This document shows, piece by piece, positions 18,958-27,726 of a DNA stretch of 64,000 bases. The translations under genes were made by a program, and so were the position numbers. Below the pieces are notes generated by a model, which searched no databases, was not told where the DNA came from, and saw only the letters and a program-made list of their open reading frames with translations. The DNA is from an uncultured Chlamydiales bacterium (GTDB lineage: Bacteria > Chlamydiota > Chlamydiia > Chlamydiales > FEN-1388), in NCBI GenBank assembly GCA_963785335.1, contig CAWAUW010000002.1, forward strand, positions 6,820-70,819, written 5' to 3'. Each line of letters opens with the position of its first letter. Position 1 is the stretch's first letter.

Positions 18958-19911
18958 TTAAACATCATACAAATGACATGCAACATGATGGCCTGGACGC
19001 ACTTCTTTTAGCCTAGGCGAGATGTGGCGACAGGCTTCTGTTGCATGAGGACAGCGAGTATGAAAAACGCAGCCTGATGGCGGATCGACAATGGATGGAG
19101 GATCACCTACAATGCACAATTTGGCGGGGATGTTTTCAGCTTCTGGATCGGGTATTGGAATACTTGCCATCAGAGCCTGTGTATATGGATGAAGCGGCTC
19201 TTTGAAAATATCTTCTGCCGGAGCTACTTCCATAACCCGGCCAAGATATAAAACAATTAATCGATGAGCAAGATAGCGCAGTGTAGCCAAATCGTGGGTA
19301 ATAAACAGATATGAAATCCCTTGTTCTTGCTGAATTTTTTTTAGCAGCAATATAATTTGAGCCACTACTGAAATATCAAGTGATGACAAAGGCTCATCGC
19401 AAATTAAAAGCTTTGGCTTTACACTAAGTGCTCGGGCAATGCTTACACGCTGCTTTTGTCCGCCGCTTAGCTGATAAGAGTACATTTTAGCAGTACTATG
19501 GGGCAGTTGCACCATATCCAAAAGCTCTATAATATAATCACTAACAGATCCGGCATGCTCAACCTTAGATGTGATAATGGCTTCTTTAAGATGCCCTTCG
19601 ACTGTCATACGCGGATTGAGAGATGCATCTGGATCTTGAAAGATCATCTGCATACCGCGTAGAGCACGCCTTAACTCTCTTGATGAGAGATTTGTTAGCT
19701 CTTTTCCTTCAAAAAAGACGCGTCCATGTGTTGGGCGATTTATGCACATCAACGTTTTTGCAAGCGTAGACTTGCCGCAGCCGCTTTCTCCTACTACGCC
19801 AAGTGTTTGCCCTAAAAAGCCCTCTAAATCTACATCGCGTAGCGCCATAAAGCGGGCATTTTTGAGTTGGTATTCAACATCAATTTGTTTTACTTCAAAA
19901 AGCGGGCTCAT
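18958..19911 (-). CDS. oppF: Oligopeptide ABC transporter ATP-binding protein OppF
   Basis: Walker A GESGCGKST, signature LSGGQKQR, Walker B LLICDEP, and the oligopeptide C-terminal domain HPYTQALM...GCVFHTRCP. Confidence 0.9.
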   Translation of the reverse strand: MSPLFEVKQIDVEYQLKNARFMALRDVDLEGFLGQTLGVVGESGCGKSTLAKTLMCINRPTHGRVFFEGKELTNLSSRELRRALRGMQMIFQDPDASLNPRMTVEGHLKEAIITSKVEHAGSVSDYIIELLDMVQLPHSTAKMYSYQLSGGQKQRVSIARALSVKPKLLICDEPLSSLDISVVAQIILLLKKIQQEQGISYLFITHDLATLRYLAHRLIVLYLGRVMEVAPAEDIFKEPLHPYTQALMASIPIPDPEAENIPAKLCIVGDPPSIVDPPSGCVFHTRCPHATEACRHISPRLKEVRPGHHVACHLYDV

Positions 19912-20883
19912 CCTTTACCTCTAAAACATCGGCATTGATGATCTTGTCCCTCAAGCAACGGCTGCTTTTGTGTGCATATTTTCATAGCATACGAACAGCG
20001 CGGCATAAAGGCACACATGCCAAGATACTGGCCAATTTGAGGCGGTGAGCCTTGAATAGGTTTGAGCTCGCTTGCCTCATGGTTTTTTAAGCGCGGAAGA
20101 CATTCTAATAGCGCCTCAGTGTACGGATGTCTGAGGTTTAGAAAAAATTTCTTTTACATTTGCCTGCTCAACGATATTCCCTGCATACATAACTGCCACG
20201 CGGTCTGCTATTTTTGCAACTACTCCCATATCGTGAGTAATAAAAAGAAGGCCCATGCCAAGTTCCTTTTGCAGCTGCATTAAAAGATCAAGTACCTGTG
20301 CTTGTATAGTAACATCAAGTGCTGTTGTGGGCTCATCTGCAATAACAAGCTTTGGGCGATTTACAAGTGCCATAGCAATTAATAAACGCTGTCTCATGCC
20401 GCCTGATAGCTCATGGGGGTAGGCAGCAAGACGGCGCATGCAATCTGAAAAGCCGACTTGTCTAAGCATCTCGGCAGCAGCTGTATAGCGCTCATCACTT
20501 GATGGATACAAGCTCGTGCACATAGATTCCATAAGCTGCGTGCCAATTTGTAAAGTAGGATTTAGGCAGCTAAGGGGACTTTGAGGAATAAAGGCAATAC
20601 TTTTACCACGTAAAGCCCGCATTTCCTGCGGCGTTTTGTGTAGTAAATTTTGCCCTTCGAACAGAATTTGTCCACCTGCAATTTTTGTAAGAGGGGAACG
20701 AAAGAGATTCATGATAGACATGGCTGTAATGGTTTTGCCAGAGCCTGATTCTCCCACCAATGCAAGAGTTTCTTGTGGATAAAGAGTAAAGGAAACATCT
20801 CGTAAAAGAGGCTGCGGACCTTGCGCGCTATCCAAAGTAACATACAAATTTTTAACTACAAGAAGAGGCTGCTTTTCCATCAT
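19908..20883 (-). CDS. oppD: Oligopeptide ABC transporter ATP-binding protein OppD, interrupted by a frameshift (intact ORF as sequenced is 20116-20883)
   Basis: GESGSGKT, LSGGMRQR and LVIADEP motifs. The ORF stops at 20116. The conserved C-terminus RHPYTEALLECLP...GMCAFMPRCSYAMKIC continues in another frame down to a TGA that overlaps the oppF ATG. Confidence 0.85.
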
Positions 20884-21815
20884 GCCACCTTCATTTTTTG
20901 GGTAAGGTAGCGCCGGGCTTGCGGATCAAGTAGGTCTCGCAGACCATCTCCAAGTAAATTAAAAGCAAAAATAGTAAGCGTAATCATTACCGAAGGAAAA
21001 AAGAGACGCCATGGATAAAATCGCATAGCACCCAAAGCATCACTTACTAAAGAGCCAAGGCTTGCTAAAGGCGGTTGAATACCTATACCTAAAAAGCTTA
21101 AAAAAGCCTCTGCAAATATTGCCTGAGGGATACTAAGCATAACAATGCATGTAACGGGACCTGATATATTAGGAAGAATATGTCGCAAAATAAGGCCAAA
21201 AGTTCCTACACCTAATGAGCGAGCTGCACGAAAGTATTCTGTTTGTTTAATGCCGATAACAAGACTTCGGGTAATACGCGACATCTGTATCCACCCAATA
21301 ATTACCATAGCAGCAATGATAGGGGCAAAGCCGGGACCCATAATAACTGTAATTAAAATTACAAATAATAAATATGGCAGACAAAAAATCATTTCTGCAA
21401 TACGCATCATTACCTGGTCTGTGGTGCCGCCGCAAAGCGCGGCTATCATGCCCCATGTTACACCTAGACATAAGTCAACAAAGGCTGCAATAAGGCCAAT
21501 TTCAAGAGATATTCGTAGGCCCACACAAACCCTTGTCCACATGTCACGGCCTAGTTCATCCGTTCCAAAAATATGGGCAAAACTAGGTGTTAAGTTTTTG
21601 CCAGGCAAATCTGTTTGCTCATACGAATAGGGACTAAGCAGCGGTCCAACAATTGCCATAAGAATAAGCACACTTAAGATGCATACACCAATTAAAATGC
21701 TTTTATGCGAAACAATAATCGAAAAAAGTGAGCGCGGCGGCCTAATTTTTGGCTCATTAAGCGCTAAAATCTCAAATCTTTCGGTCGAAGAAAGTAGGTC
21801 AAAATTATCTATCAT
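20880..21815 (-). CDS. oppC: Oligopeptide ABC transporter permease OppC
   Basis: BPD_transp_1 permease with the EAA-like loop (TEYFRAARSLG) and an N-terminal OppC-type extension. Confidence 0.9.
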   Translation of the reverse strand: MIDNFDLLSSTERFEILALNEPKIRPPRSLFSIIVSHKSILIGVCILSVLILMAIVGPLLSPYSYEQTDLPGKNLTPSFAHIFGTDELGRDMWTRVCVGLRISLEIGLIAAFVDLCLGVTWGMIAALCGGTTDQVMMRIAEMIFCLPYLLFVILITVIMGPGFAPIIAAMVIIGWIQMSRITRSLVIGIKQTEYFRAARSLGVGTFGLILRHILPNISGPVTCIVMLSIPQAIFAEAFLSFLGIGIQPPLASLGSLVSDALGAMRFYPWRLFFPSVMITLTIFAFNLLGDGLRDLLDPQARRYLTQKMKVA

Positions 21816-22777
21816 GCTGCTGCCCGAGCGATTTTTCGCGTTTTCAAAATACTTTTTGTCTCAGGATTAAGTAAGACACACAAAAGGTCAATTACAGTAT
21901 GGTTAAAAATTAAAAGCATACTATAAAAAAGTGTAAGACCGCCAATTACAGGAAAATCTCGATTAATCACGCTATTTACAAACCATAGCCCAAGACCTGG
22001 AATGCCAAATACGCGCTCCACCGCAAAGCTGCCCACAAGCACATTGGTCATAACCGGACCAAGATAAGAAAGTATGGGGATGATGGCATTTTTTAGCACG
22101 TGCACAAAAACTACTCTGCCTTCTTTAAGGCCCTTAAGACGCGCTACCTGTACATACTCCTTGTTAAATACCTCCAGCATGTTTACGCGAAGTAATCGCG
22201 CTATATAGCATGTAGGTCCAATAGCTAAGGCAAGTGCCGGAAGAATAGTATGAGCAAAAGTGCCCCAACGAGCCACCGGAAAAATAGGGTAGTGAAAGGC
22301 AAAAAGAAACTGCAGACCGGCTGCCAGTACAAATGTGGGAACTGAGACGCCCAAAACGGCAAATGATGTTAAAACAATATTTGAATATCCACGAGAATTA
22401 AGTGCCGCCAGCGTGCCAAATAAAATTCCGCACGGAATAGCAAATAAAAGTGCTTCAAGTCCAAGCGTAGCCGATATAGGCAGTCCGCCAAAAATAATTT
22501 GATTTACAGTTTGTGAGGGGTATTTTAAGGAGGGGCCAAAATCAAAAGTAAATACCTGCAGGATATAGCGAGAGTACTGCAGATGCAATGGATCATCCAG
22601 GCCGTAGTAGTGCCTAATTGCCTGCAAGCTCTCTTTTGTCGCTGTTGTTGACTGCTCAGCAAATGGATCGCCCGGCACAAGGTGCATGAGAAAAAACGTA
22701 GCCGTAGCAATGGCAAATAAGGTAAGAATTGACACCCATAAGCGCCTTAAAAGAAAGTTACCTATTCCTGCTAACAC
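21812..22777 (-). CDS. oppB: Oligopeptide ABC transporter permease OppB
   Basis: The N-terminus FLLRRLWVSILTLF and the loop EYVQVARLKGLKE are typical OppB/DppB features. GTG start. Confidence 0.9.
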   Translation of the reverse strand: MLAGIGNFLLRRLWVSILTLFAIATATFFLMHLVPGDPFAEQSTTATKESLQAIRHYYGLDDPLHLQYSRYILQVFTFDFGPSLKYPSQTVNQIIFGGLPISATLGLEALLFAIPCGILFGTLAALNSRGYSNIVLTSFAVLGVSVPTFVLAAGLQFLFAFHYPIFPVARWGTFAHTILPALALAIGPTCYIARLLRVNMLEVFNKEYVQVARLKGLKEGRVVFVHVLKNAIIPILSYLGPVMTNVLVGSFAVERVFGIPGLGLWFVNSVINRDFPVIGGLTLFYSMLLIFNHTVIDLLCVLLNPETKSILKTRKIARAAA

Positions 22778-22965
22778 ATGTCACCTTTAAATGTTTCCCC
22801 TACAGAGATAAGCCTATTGACAGTTTGCTGCAAGTGGAAAATCACTAAAAAATCAATTTAACAATCCGATTAAAATCTTATTAAAATAATCCAGTAATGA
22901 ACTTTTCCATATTCTTAAACTCCATTTATTGTAACAATTGTTTGGTTTTTTACTAGGAATATCAT

Positions 22966-24570
22966 ATGAATATGCTTACTTATCAAGACTGCAGAATCAC
23001 TCCAACAAACTCAAGTGGAATCGCTGACAATAGTTCTATGGCAACAGCCTGCTATAATATCGGAAGCAAACTTTATGATGTATGCAGCAGCCTTTCTGAA
23101 CGTCTAAAAGGACTTACCCAAAAAGCGCTTCCGCCCAAGCTATCTAAAGCACAACAAGAGCACATTCAATCGCTTTTAGATATGCTTCAAGAGACTAATA
23201 AGCCTCCAGTTTCAAAGCCTTATGGCTTTACTGATAACAGCATACACTATCGTCTTTTACTGCCTGAAGGACGTGTATATAAAGATAACAAGGAAGCTCG
23301 TGCTATTGAATGCTGGATTGACCAGCAGGGCTATACACTCAATATGAAGAAGGATACAAACACTCCCAAAATCCGTTTTGTTGTTACCTACAAAGACTTA
23401 GAGAAACGGGCATACAAACTACCTCTTATGTTTCCAATAGAGGGCGGGATTGATTTTATCCTACGTACTGATAAAGTATTTACAGCAGCAGGCGCCTTTG
23501 TGCAGGCAGCCTTTTTACACCAAAGCCAGAGGCCAATAGTAGACTGGGCTAAACAGCAGGTAGCAACTGATCCTCTTACAACTATCTTTTATAAAGCATC
23601 TCGTTCTGGCGTGCCTGCTGGCTTTGACGGATGGCTAAATACACATCCAGCCTATATTGAAAAGGCAAATCAATGCGGCCTGCAGCTTTTTTCGTTTGGC
23701 TGTGGTGATGGCGAGGATATTAAAGCTTTGCAGAAACTCTTCAAGCTTAAGTGTTCAAGAATACCAGAAGCTTTTGGAGTAGATATAAATCCGGGCTACT
23801 TTCCAAAGCAGCACGAGGGAGTGCAGTTTGTACAACAGGATATGCTGCAGATGGAGCCGTGGCTACAAAAAACCGCTTCAAAAATTGCCCTCAAAGTAGG
23901 TCTTTTTATGGGATCATTAACAAGTCAGGTTGCACAATCTTCCTACGCTGCACTTAAGTGCCTTCATGCAGCAAGGGACTTTGACATTCTGTACGTTGGA
24001 GGCTACACACCTGTTTTACTCACCGAAGCACATATGAATGACGCTGGCTGGACTGTCACCACAATATCTACAAATAGCTATTTAGATCCTGATCCAGCAT
24101 CAAGAATCATCGAAAAAGTAAAGGGCGTGATACGCCCTGACATCCGCAATCACCACATGCTCACACCTATGAATAACGATCAGCGAAAAGTCTATCTTGA
24201 AACAAAAAGCACTCTACGTGTAAGCTCGGGTAACTTTACATTGTTAGATCTTTCTGGAAGCTCAAAACCTCTTGCAGATCTTGCTCTCTTTGATCGCACA
24301 TTTACTTTAGTGGACATAAGCTGGTGTAACTTTAATACTGAGACTTTTGCGCAGTTTATTGAACAACTCGAAAAGAAGACAGCCGCAGCTGCAACCCTTA
24401 TTGCATCTGGTGATGAGCCCTGGATCATCCAATTTATGGCAAGCCAAACAAAGTTTACGCTAAAGCTGCGTCAAGACCACAAAAAAGATGAGCTTGCTCC
24501 ATTTGCCCCAGCTACTGCAAAGCTTTTGGGTATCTATGACAGAGAACCACTCAAGGCGTGTTTAAAATAA
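22966..24570 (+). CDS. Hypothetical 534-aa protein with an embedded class I SAM-methyltransferase-like core
   Basis: Motif I LFSFGCGDG, post-I AFGVDINPG, FVQQDM and VGLFMGSL lie at aa ~240-330. The N- and C-terminal regions have no recognisable motif. Confidence 0.6.
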   Translation: MNMLTYQDCRITPTNSSGIADNSSMATACYNIGSKLYDVCSSLSERLKGLTQKALPPKLSKAQQEHIQSLLDMLQETNKPPVSKPYGFTDNSIHYRLLLPEGRVYKDNKEARAIECWIDQQGYTLNMKKDTNTPKIRFVVTYKDLEKRAYKLPLMFPIEGGIDFILRTDKVFTAAGAFVQAAFLHQSQRPIVDWAKQQVATDPLTTIFYKASRSGVPAGFDGWLNTHPAYIEKANQCGLQLFSFGCGDGEDIKALQKLFKLKCSRIPEAFGVDINPGYFPKQHEGVQFVQQDMLQMEPWLQKTASKIALKVGLFMGSLTSQVAQSSYAALKCLHAARDFDILYVGGYTPVLLTEAHMNDAGWTVTTISTNSYLDPDPASRIIEKVKGVIRPDIRNHHMLTPMNNDQRKVYLETKSTLRVSSGNFTLLDLSGSSKPLADLALFDRTFTLVDISWCNFNTETFAQFIEQLEKKTAAAATLIASGDEPWIIQFMASQTKFTLKLRQDHKKDELAPFAPATAKLLGIYDREPLKACLK

Positions 24571-24644
24571 CCCTTTATAGCCTTGACAAAATAAAGATGT
24601 GGTGCCACAATTGGTATTACAGTGGTATCATAAAGAGGTATGGC

Positions 24645-24908
24645 ATGACGGCATCTAACTTTAACTTACGAGGGGTTCCTCCTCAAGTTATGACTTTTTT
24701 AAAACGCGAAGCACAAAAACTCAATATAAGCGTTAATGTACTGATTTTAAAATTGATAGAACAGGGGCTTGGCTTGAGCGGCAAGGCAAAACGAGTAAAA
24801 CATCATGATTTAGATTTTCTCATAGGGACTTGGTCTTCAAAAGAGACGAAAGAATTTGATGAAAGCGTTAAGGTTTTTGAAAAAACTGACCCTGAGCTCT
24901 GGAAATGA
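24645..24908 (+). CDS. vapB: VapB/FitA-like ribbon-helix-helix antitoxin
   Basis: The N-terminus NLRGVPPQVMTFLKREAQKLNISVNVLILKLIE is RHH-like. An AAAGAGG SD lies upstream of the ATG at 24645. There is a 4-nt ATGA overlap with the PIN gene. Confidence 0.75.
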   Translation: MTASNFNLRGVPPQVMTFLKREAQKLNISVNVLILKLIEQGLGLSGKAKRVKHHDLDFLIGTWSSKETKEFDESVKVFEKTDPELWK

Positions 24909-25315
24909 GACCTGTACTTATAGATACTAATGCCTATTCAGCACTAAAAAAAGCAGATGCTGAAATTGTAGAAATTATCCAATATGCTGATGCGATTGTT
25001 ATGAGCCCTGTTGTACTAGGTGAATTGTATTTTGGGTTCGATAACGGCAATAGAACAAAACAAAATCGTCAAGAATTGCAAAAATTTCTTGAATCTCCTC
25101 GAGTTACCGTGTTACCTATTCTTTCTGAGACAGCTCATTTCTTTAGCCAAATTGTCTTATCACTTTCTCGTAAAGGTACCCCAATTCCTTCTAATGACAT
25201 CTGGATTGCCGCACAGGCTATGGAACATGGCTGTGTTGTATGCACATATGATAAACATTTTCGCAGTATCGAAGGTTTAGCAGTTGCATCTTCAGTGGCT
25301 GAATTAATCTTTTAG
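24905..25315 (+). CDS. vapC: PIN-domain toxin VapC
   Basis: PIN acidic residues are in the expected places: LIDTN (D7), GEL (E40), SNDIW (D98), TYDKHF (D116). Confidence 0.9.
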   Translation: MRPVLIDTNAYSALKKADAEIVEIIQYADAIVMSPVVLGELYFGFDNGNRTKQNRQELQKFLESPRVTVLPILSETAHFFSQIVLSLSRKGTPIPSNDIWIAAQAMEHGCVVCTYDKHFRSIEGLAVASSVAELIF

Positions 25316-25387
25316 CTAATTCTTCTCTGAGGTTCCTGAACAATAATCTAAGTTTCTTTACATTCTATACTGTTTATAAAAAGTCTT

Positions 25388-26164
25388 TTAAGAATATTTA
25401 CGGCGTTGATAGCCTAAGAAGAGACTTGTGCAGGTTACAGCGGCGGTTAGTAGGCTTGGATGTAAGTAGGTTGTGTAAAGACTTGTGCCAGTAATCATCA
25501 TGTAAATAAGGATATCTACGCGGCAGCCTCTAAGATAAACATCAGGAGGAATTGTAAAGCGCTCTTTAGGCTGATTTTTCCGACGCGGCACCACTTCGCC
25601 GATCCGAAGTACATTTTCTGAGTGATAACCAAATAGTCGCCAAATACAGCCTGGAATAAAATCACTTTCTTCTCCAATTAGCTGGAGTGCTATCCCAAAG
25701 CGTGGCATAAAATCGACATCTATTTTGACAGTAGAAATGCTTTTGATTCCAATATGATCATCAGCATTTTTTGACAAAGCGTTAATCAAAGTCCATTTGG
25801 GTATGCTCGAAGATCGAACGTTATCTTTTGGATCGTAAAAATAAAATTTCTTTTTCTTGTCGCATACTAAATTATAATTTTTTGCGGTGAAATCTTCTAA
25901 ATCTTCTGATTCATCGCCATCTTTACGAGCAAATCGCTCTCCCAGAAAAGGATTTGCATAAAGTATAGTGTTATTATCAGTTTGACGAATGCATGATACA
26001 ACGCGATCTTTCTTTATTTCCCAGGAAATTTTGCCCAAAGATGGTTCTTCAGAAGCAATAGGAAATGGTAATACCCGTAATTTTTTGAGTCTCAGCCTTG
26101 CTTGAGCAATAGGGTGAGAATAACTTGCCTGCGCAATTTGCTCAATCCCCGCTAAAAATGTCAT
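25388..26164 (-). CDS. Hypothetical protein with C-terminal hydrophobic segments
   Basis: 258-aa ORF ending in ILIYMMITGTSLY...AAVTCTSLFLG. No known motif. Confidence 0.55.
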   Translation of the reverse strand: MTFLAGIEQIAQASYSHPIAQARLRLKKLRVLPFPIASEEPSLGKISWEIKKDRVVSCIRQTDNNTILYANPFLGERFARKDGDESEDLEDFTAKNYNLVCDKKKKFYFYDPKDNVRSSSIPKWTLINALSKNADDHIGIKSISTVKIDVDFMPRFGIALQLIGEESDFIPGCIWRLFGYHSENVLRIGEVVPRRKNQPKERFTIPPDVYLRGCRVDILIYMMITGTSLYTTYLHPSLLTAAVTCTSLFLGYQRRKYS

Positions 26165-26303
26165 GCAAATGTCATCCTACTCTTTTGCTCGACTATAACA
26201 TACCGACTTTTTTTTGCTAAAAGGAAATACGGATACCCTCTAAAGGTTGTGAAAAAAATAAGACGCTAAGTATACTCATCGGCGATTTTTACAAGGAATT
26301 TGA

Positions 26304-26747
26304 ATGTCTTTACCTAATAATCTATTTTATTATTCACTAACCTCAATTGGCATGCCCGGCGAAATGCGCAAGTTTACATGGAACAACAACTTCGATGTTC
26401 ATGCGTCAGGAGTTAACAGAACAGAATTTGCGCTTGGAAAACGGCAGATAACCATTTGGAACTCAGAAAAAGGCGGCTGTCTTTTATGGGGAAACCAGGC
26501 TCTATATGCATATCCAGGTCGCTTAGAAATGGGCTGCTGGATTTTAGAAAAACAAAAAGATGACAGCCTTGATTTTGCATTTATCCAGCTAAAAGATCGA
26601 CAAATCCGCTATGTAGCTGGCCACCACAACACTCAGGGTGTTGTCATTAACAAGGAAAGCACGATAGGCATAAAAGTACTAAAGGATCTTTTTGATCATT
26701 TTGAGCTATTAGACGAACGTAGAGCAAAAAGACAGGGATTTAGTTAA
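26304..26747 (+). CDS. Hypothetical protein (147 aa)
   Basis: ORF divergent from 25388-26164. No known motif. Confidence 0.5.
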   Translation: MSLPNNLFYYSLTSIGMPGEMRKFTWNNNFDVHASGVNRTEFALGKRQITIWNSEKGGCLLWGNQALYAYPGRLEMGCWILEKQKDDSLDFAFIQLKDRQIRYVAGHHNTQGVVINKESTIGIKVLKDLFDHFELLDERRAKRQGFS

Positions 26748-26791
26748 TTATCGTTTTTCAGAAAACTTACCGAGAGTTAATGCGTGTATAA

Positions 26792-27619
26792 ATGCCAGAA
26801 CTGCCAGAAGTAGAAACGATTGCTCGAGAATTACGAGAATCAAATGTGATTGGATTAAAAATAGAACGTGCAGAGGTTTTTTGGGAAAGATCTCTTGCAA
26901 TAGAAAATGCCATCCTTTTTTGTAAGAAAATTGCAGATCAAAAGATCATGGATATTTCTCGAAGAGGGAAATTTCTTGTCTTTACATTAAGTAACGACAC
27001 GCTTCTTGTGCATTTACGAATGACTGGGAAATTTTTGATCGGGAGTGATCAACATAGAGCCGAAGCGCATGAACGAATACGTTTATATTTAAGCGATGGA
27101 CGCACTTTGTTCTATGAAGATCAGCGTAAATTTGGAAAATGGTATCTTACAACAGATCCTGAGCTGTTACTAAAAAACATTGGGATCGAGCCTTTGTCAA
27201 AAGAATTTACCCCAAAAGTTTTCGATAAATTACTAGAAGGACAAAAACGACAAATCAAGCCCCTTTTATTAGATCAGAGCTTTGTTGCAGGTATTGGCAA
27301 TATTTATGCTGACGAGGCGCTGTGGGAAGCTCAAATTCATCCTGCAAGATCGGCGGCAACATTAACTGAGCAAGAAAAAAATGCCTTGCATGCAGCAATT
27401 ATTATTGTATTGAAGCGCGGCGTTGCAAATATCGGCACGAGTTTAGGCTCAACTTCAGCCAATTATTTTAGCGTAAGTGGGCGCCGAGGCGATAATTTCC
27501 GCGAACTGCAAGTATTTCGGCGCGATGGCCTTTCTTGCCCGCGTTGCGGTGCAATAATTTGTAAAATGGTTCTTCACCAACGCGGCACACACTTTTGTCC
27601 CAAATGCCAGATTCTATAG
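26792..27619 (+). CDS. mutM: Formamidopyrimidine-DNA glycosylase
   Basis: N-terminal MPELPEVE, H2TH region, and C-terminal zinc finger CPRCG...CPKCQ. Confidence 0.95.
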   Translation: MPELPEVETIARELRESNVIGLKIERAEVFWERSLAIENAILFCKKIADQKIMDISRRGKFLVFTLSNDTLLVHLRMTGKFLIGSDQHRAEAHERIRLYLSDGRTLFYEDQRKFGKWYLTTDPELLLKNIGIEPLSKEFTPKVFDKLLEGQKRQIKPLLLDQSFVAGIGNIYADEALWEAQIHPARSAATLTEQEKNALHAAIIIVLKRGVANIGTSLGSTSANYFSVSGRRGDNFRELQVFRRDGLSCPRCGAIICKMVLHQRGTHFCPKCQIL

Positions 27620-27726
27620 CTAAAACCCATAAAAGATTATTCTCCTGAAGGGGCTATTGTTGCTTTTTAGACTGGATTTTTAAAGGAGTATACTATAAAT
27701 TTATTAAAAAATAAAACTGGGTAAGT

